From contig CM119371.1 of NCBI GenBank assembly GCA_051294905.1, positions 30,382,001-30,446,000 of the forward strand: DNA of 64,000 bases, read 5' to 3'. Source of the stretch: Botryllus schlosseri. Its lineage: Eukaryota. A model generated the notes under the pieces. It searched no databases. It was not told where the DNA came from and saw only the letters and a program-made list of their open reading frames with translations. Shown here one piece after another: positions 62,901 to 64,000 of the stretch. Position numbers and translations under genes: made by a program. Each line of letters begins with the position of its first letter. Within the stretch, counting starts at the first letter, position 1.

Positions 62901-63703
62901 ATCCACATATACAAGGAATAAATCGTGTTTAATGAATGTATTTTAATGACAGCAATGTCACTTCAAAGCCATTTCAAGCCGATAATTACGGACATAATTT
63001 GGATTTTGGATCAACATTGTCATACAGGCGCCGCCATGTCTGCTATTCTCTGATCAATTCACACACGGTGCAATCCTTGATTAAGATTTCAAGGCGTTTG
63101 ATAAACCCGGAACCCCAAATTTCCCAAGATATCAATTCATAGGGTTGAGTACATCGTAAATGCCGATAATGCAAGTTTCCTCGCTTCGACGAACTTACGC
63201 GTAAGCTCCACTATTACACGCTGTGCACACGTATATGATAACATACCGCTGGGCATATGTCCTCCTTTAAGAGGATTTGTCATCTTTTATAACTTTTTTG
63301 AAAGTGTCCTTGGAGGACGCCCAAATGTCCTCTTATTTGAGAATTTTGGTTAGATATAGGGCCAAATTAGACTGAAACACAATAAGTCAGCACTGTAGTA
63401 ACGCTCTGGCGGCTATTTCGGGAACTGGACCGGAAAGTAGACTTTTTTTATTTTTATTCAACCACCTGATGATATGAAAAACTGTATTTTTGAGAATTGA
63501 CCGAGAAAGTGACATTCAGCGGCTAAAATTTAACGTTCAAGGAAGTAGTGGGGAATCTCGGCAGAAGACGGGAAACTGTCCGATGACAGGAAAAAATCCC
63601 GCGGGCCGCATATGTTGCCCGTCCCTGCTTTACTCCGTTTACATAGTCACTTACCGTCATCCTTGTAGCGCTTCAGTGGTGGTGGGGTTTCTCGGTGTGA
63701 CAT
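32682..63703 (-). CDS. Multi-exon gene (26 exons, ~1548 aa): metzincin metalloprotease / arthropod-type prophenoloxidase (hemocyanin N-M-C) / C-terminal beta-domain fusion protein
   Basis: Manual model, complement(join(32682..32913,34212..34475,35795..35976,36607..36780,37963..38149,38900..38996,40647..40807,41646..41845,42033..42171,42488..42678,43653..43833,45073..45207,45410..45622,46221..46341,46517..46706,47503..47873,50070..50271,51420..51548,52977..53183,53932..54068,56603..56730,57438..57628,57967..58143,59112..59346,60427..60580,63655..63703)) = 4647 nt. All introns are GT-AG, phases match at every junction and there is no internal stop. Motifs: HECGHCLGLKH, SWMNY, NYHHRHWH, RQGELFGYMHSQMLARY, HNQGH, TAVRDLIFYRWH, CECGWP. 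Confidence 0.85.
33193..33784. mobile_element. Palindromic (foldback) MITE
   Basis: Arms of ~280 bp are near-perfect inverted repeats (tagaaattaaacatggaacggc... / ...gccgttccatgtttaatttct). Confidence 0.85.
33790..34179. mobile_element. Semi-palindromic MITE (other copies ~7940-8217, ~4500-4660)
   Basis: TIRs ccatagtgtcctatatg / catataggacactatgg. Confidence 0.8.
34212..34475 (-). CDS. Fusion gene exon 25: extra C-terminal beta-rich domain
   Basis: ttgcag acceptor, gtgagt donor. Reads QSELVGTFRVLIDND...KLYLRFQGRGPGGGSYVVSDVSFALRDG...ILSDAIDA; phase 2->2. Confidence 0.85.
35111..35415 (+). mobile_element. tRNA-derived SINE, second family
   Basis: A box TAGCGTAATGG (35124), B box GGTTCGATCC (35168), followed by non-tRNA body; antisense remnant near 39400-39580. 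Confidence 0.6.
35795..35976 (-). CDS. Fusion gene exon 24 (end of PO module, start of extra domain)
   Basis: Reads MDVPSAFDNITNAAYKTFIIENDVSEPP...GVTEY, gtaagt donor. The acceptor is ambiguous: in-frame exon starts are possible at 35976, 36000 or 36021. Confidence 0.8.
36607..36780 (-). CDS. Fusion gene exon 23
   Basis: ttttcag acceptor, gtaagt donor. Reads AGEEYVLFVMATD...SYCGAKGQDYPDSRHMGYPF, a typical PPO C-terminal motif. Confidence 0.92.
37963..38149 (-). CDS. Fusion gene exon 22: CxCGWP motif
   Basis: gtcag acceptor, gtgagg donor. Reads IPAGKDHLTVTRADVHSSV...FCECGWPYNMLVPRGKK. Confidence 0.92.
38900..38996 (-). CDS. Fusion gene exon 21: Hemocyanin_C-like
   Basis: tttcag acceptor, gtatgc donor. 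Reads TELKLTMRIFICPKRVQHDRRRWIEMDKFVC, matching the PPO pattern RIFxxPK...IELDKF. Confidence 0.9.
40647..40807 (-). CDS. Fusion gene exon 20: Hemocyanin_C-like
   Basis: cgccag acceptor, gtgagt donor. Reads ISYGQW...RLCTYL...KLSHQRFYYHLRMKR. Confidence 0.88.
41646..41845 (-). CDS. Fusion gene exon 19: CuB third His
   Basis: aatcag acceptor, gtgagt donor. Reads ATSYMNDTATAVRDLIFYRWHRKIDSLW. Confidence 0.93.
41959..41989 (-). ncRNA. Minimal hammerhead ribozyme motif in intron 18
   Basis: Minus strand reads cc-CTGACGA-gtgtctgcc-GAAA-atgt-TC-ggg. Confidence 0.55.
42033..42171 (-). CDS. Fusion gene exon 18: CuB site (HNQGH)
   Basis: tttcag acceptor, gtacaa donor. Reads AEPDEEMVPNIAGHILEPSTGKYQAVYGSFHNQGHGVF. 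Confidence 0.92.
42488..42678 (-). CDS. Fusion gene exon 17
   Basis: ttccag acceptor, gtatgt donor. Reads PWEFGERSMTFNAGY...YQRALDSGFVEHEQP. Confidence 0.9.
43653..43833 (-). CDS. Fusion gene exon 16: CuA site
   Basis: cccag acceptor, gtgagc donor. Reads RHWHIVY...KRQGELFGYMHSQMLARYDAERESWGLDPVK. Confidence 0.93.
45073..45207 (-). CDS. Fusion gene exon 15: start of CuA site
   Basis: ttcag acceptor, gtaagc donor. Reads YPEPEDRDP...EDWMNYWRCDADFNYHH. Confidence 0.92.
45410..45622 (-). CDS. Fusion gene exon 14: Hemocyanin_N-like domain
   Basis: ggcag acceptor, gtacgt donor. Reads RPFSNFDIDQIQKASKIVEML...WALEAFIVH, resembling the FSLF...ALxVAxxH region of arthropod PPO. Confidence 0.88.
46221..46341 (-). 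CDS. Fusion gene exon 13 (linker into phenoloxidase module)
   Basis: ttttcag acceptor, gtactg donor. Reads PKVEDKYTSANLQKRVNSVLTWSPVTDGDGEDDLSGVRLG; phase 1->2. Confidence 0.82.
46517..46706 (-). CDS. Fusion gene exon 12 (end of protease module, TPR-like helices)
   Basis: ttctcag acceptor, gtaagt donor. Reads GTKSDNMDYGNLVLARGKLYLAEK...KNWNKLKNP; phase 0->1, no stop. Confidence 0.85.
47216..47494 (+). mobile_element. tRNA-derived SINE, same family as 29804-30072
   Basis: gggtggcgagatagcgtagt...gggttcgag...taggctcctc...ctggtgtaaatga, with a (CAA)n-like tail. Confidence 0.75.
47503..47873 (-). CDS. Fusion gene exon 11 (helical region with basic stretch)
   Basis: Phase-1 acceptor ctcag at 47874-47875, gtaagg donor. 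Reads VLKLPIWISLDPS...KKRTRGGRR...DIIEYYQKQ. The 5' boundary is less certain than the others. Confidence 0.75.
49601..49632 (-). ncRNA. Minimal type I hammerhead ribozyme motif (inverted copy)
   Basis: Exact reverse complement of 49662-49693. Confidence 0.65.
49662..49693 (+). ncRNA. Minimal type I hammerhead ribozyme motif
   Basis: ccc-CTGACGA-gtgtcagcc-GAAA-atat-TC-ggg: conserved core, ccc/ggg stem I, palindromic AATATT stem III. Confidence 0.65.
50070..50271 (-). CDS. Fusion gene exon 10
   Basis: ttttag acceptor, gtaagt donor. Reads AVDPFVRPIYSGYS...DVPGTYKVRAVYNGGRYNVTS; phase 0->1. Confidence 0.88.
50953..51324. mobile_element. MITE
   Basis: TIRs tagggttgcatttaaaa / ttttaaatgccacccta. 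Confidence 0.65.
51420..51548 (-). CDS. Fusion gene exon 9 (beta-sandwich-like region)
   Basis: ttttcag acceptor, gtttat donor. Reads GQLLSFEARVKNVGKLPALVEGDLSVESGNLQVYITKPDGSTK. Confidence 0.85.
52137..52961. mobile_element. Decayed hAT (Charlie/Buster-like) element with transposase C-terminal remnant
   Basis: cagtggttctcaacc left end. Minus-strand SYPNVSSEALRVVITFATTYICGIAFSAL (~52420-52520) resembles the ZBED5/FAM200-type pattern YPxxxxxALxxLxPFxTTYLCExxFS. Confidence 0.6.
52977..53183 (-). CDS. Fusion gene exon 8 (acidic linker)
   Basis: ttccag acceptor, gtgatg donor. Reads VFRAACSEDLL...ADDDDDYDMEAGY...LPEKYQK; phase 0->0. Confidence 0.85.
53932..54068 (-). CDS. Fusion gene exon 7: Met-turn
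   Basis: gacag acceptor, gtacgt donor. Reads GAPDSLSWMNYAHRYDV...FSDQELMILRHSPTK. Confidence 0.9.
54977..56409. mobile_element. hAT-type non-autonomous element
   Basis: TIRs tagggatggtgtgaac / gttcacaccatcccta; perfect 8-bp TSD caaaatag; gtgaac subterminal repeats. Confidence 0.85.
55129..55626. mobile_element. Near-perfect palindromic TTAA-flanked MITE (Kolobok/T2-like) nested in the hAT element
   Basis: ttaaaggggcactgcgctctaaaa... / ...ttttagagcgcagtgcccctttaa; ~235-bp arms with few mismatches. Confidence 0.85.
56603..56730 (-). CDS. Fusion gene exon 6: metzincin zinc-binding motif
   Basis: ttctag acceptor, gtatgt donor. Reads HRSFKGLEASCPKRRAEAHRRLLHYLVHECGHCLGLKHPFEV, containing HExxHxxGxxH. 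This frame is missed by the ORF track. Confidence 0.92.
57438..57628 (-). CDS. Fusion gene exon 5
   Basis: ttttcag acceptor, gtgagt donor. Reads VDDPTPHDPWTKADLYEVMMAYF...FSFDKRGKHGFGLFT; phase 0->2. Confidence 0.88.
57967..58143 (-). CDS. Fusion gene exon 4 (start of protease catalytic region)
   Basis: ttttcag acceptor, gtatgc donor. Reads FFKEVKLDIDYTD...AFEDAGLKLIFNENDCEK. Confidence 0.88.
59112..59346 (-). CDS. Fusion gene exon 3
   Basis: cgcag acceptor, gtatgc donor. Reads PASMYFKIMPMTLKV...YDLERTGK; phase 2->0. Confidence 0.85.
60427..60580 (-). CDS. Fusion gene exon 2 (N-terminal region of protease module)
   Basis: ttacag acceptor, gtaaga donor. Reads VANPCSGCYEGMDRTADIQLIVDIDKTGKYTKSLDMVSGTVSRR; phase 1->2. 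Confidence 0.85.
63655..63703 (-). CDS. Fusion gene exon 1 (start codon; MSHRETPPPLKRYKDD)
   Basis: ATG at 63703 lies ~40 nt downstream of a TATA box. Strong G|GTAAGT donor; its phase 1 matches exon 2. No hydrophobic signal peptide. Confidence 0.7.
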
Positions 63704-63740
63704 CACAATGCCTGGCGATCTCGTAGTGTAGGAGAATAGC

Positions 63741-63751
63741 TATATATATAA
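63741..63751 (-). promoter_or_regulatory. Putative TATA box of the fusion gene
   Basis: TTATATATATAG on the minus strand ~40 nt upstream of the proposed ATG. Confidence 0.55.
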
Positions 63752-64000
63752 GCTGCAAATTTGATGGACAGGAAAACATAGATTAGGATTATGGTTACAA
63801 AAGGTATGCGCACTTGCGCAGTAGTGCGGTGGCAATGATGGAAGTCCAACTTCGGATAGGATCGCTACCTTGTAACTACAGACTTGTTCGCGAATTTTGA
63901 AAGTTCCCGATATGTTCAAATCAGCTACTATCCATCCACATTTCTCTTGACCCTCCCCGGTTACAAAGCGATTCCACGTTGCGATATCAAACGAAGGCTT

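Overview
Intron-rich, repeat-dense eukaryotic (metazoan) genomic DNA. An ascidian tunicate is my best guess, inferred from the gene types and not proven. The short six-frame ORFs are mostly exon fragments or noise. Manual splicing (GT-AG sites, with phase checked at every junction) recovers three minus-strand genes. (1) An apparently complete 26-exon gene (63703->32682, about 1550 aa, TATA box upstream, AATAAA downstream) that joins three modules in one reading frame: a bacterial-looking metzincin metalloprotease (HECGHCLGLKH plus SWMNY Met-turn), an arthropod-type prophenoloxidase/hemocyanin-family type-3 copper domain with all six Cu-binding His, and an extra C-terminal beta-rich domain. This protease-phenoloxidase fusion is the main candidate for a novel system. 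(2) A putative two-exon micro-gene for a 28-aa secreted peptide precursor ending in Y-K-G-K (26132->25485). (3) Part of an LDL-receptor class A repeat protein gene (12746->152) that continues off the left edge. The rest is hAT-type and palindromic MITEs, tRNA-derived SINEs, a decayed LINE RT, Penelope-like fragments carrying minimal hammerhead ribozyme motifs, and a local duplication of about 3.4-3.8 kb.
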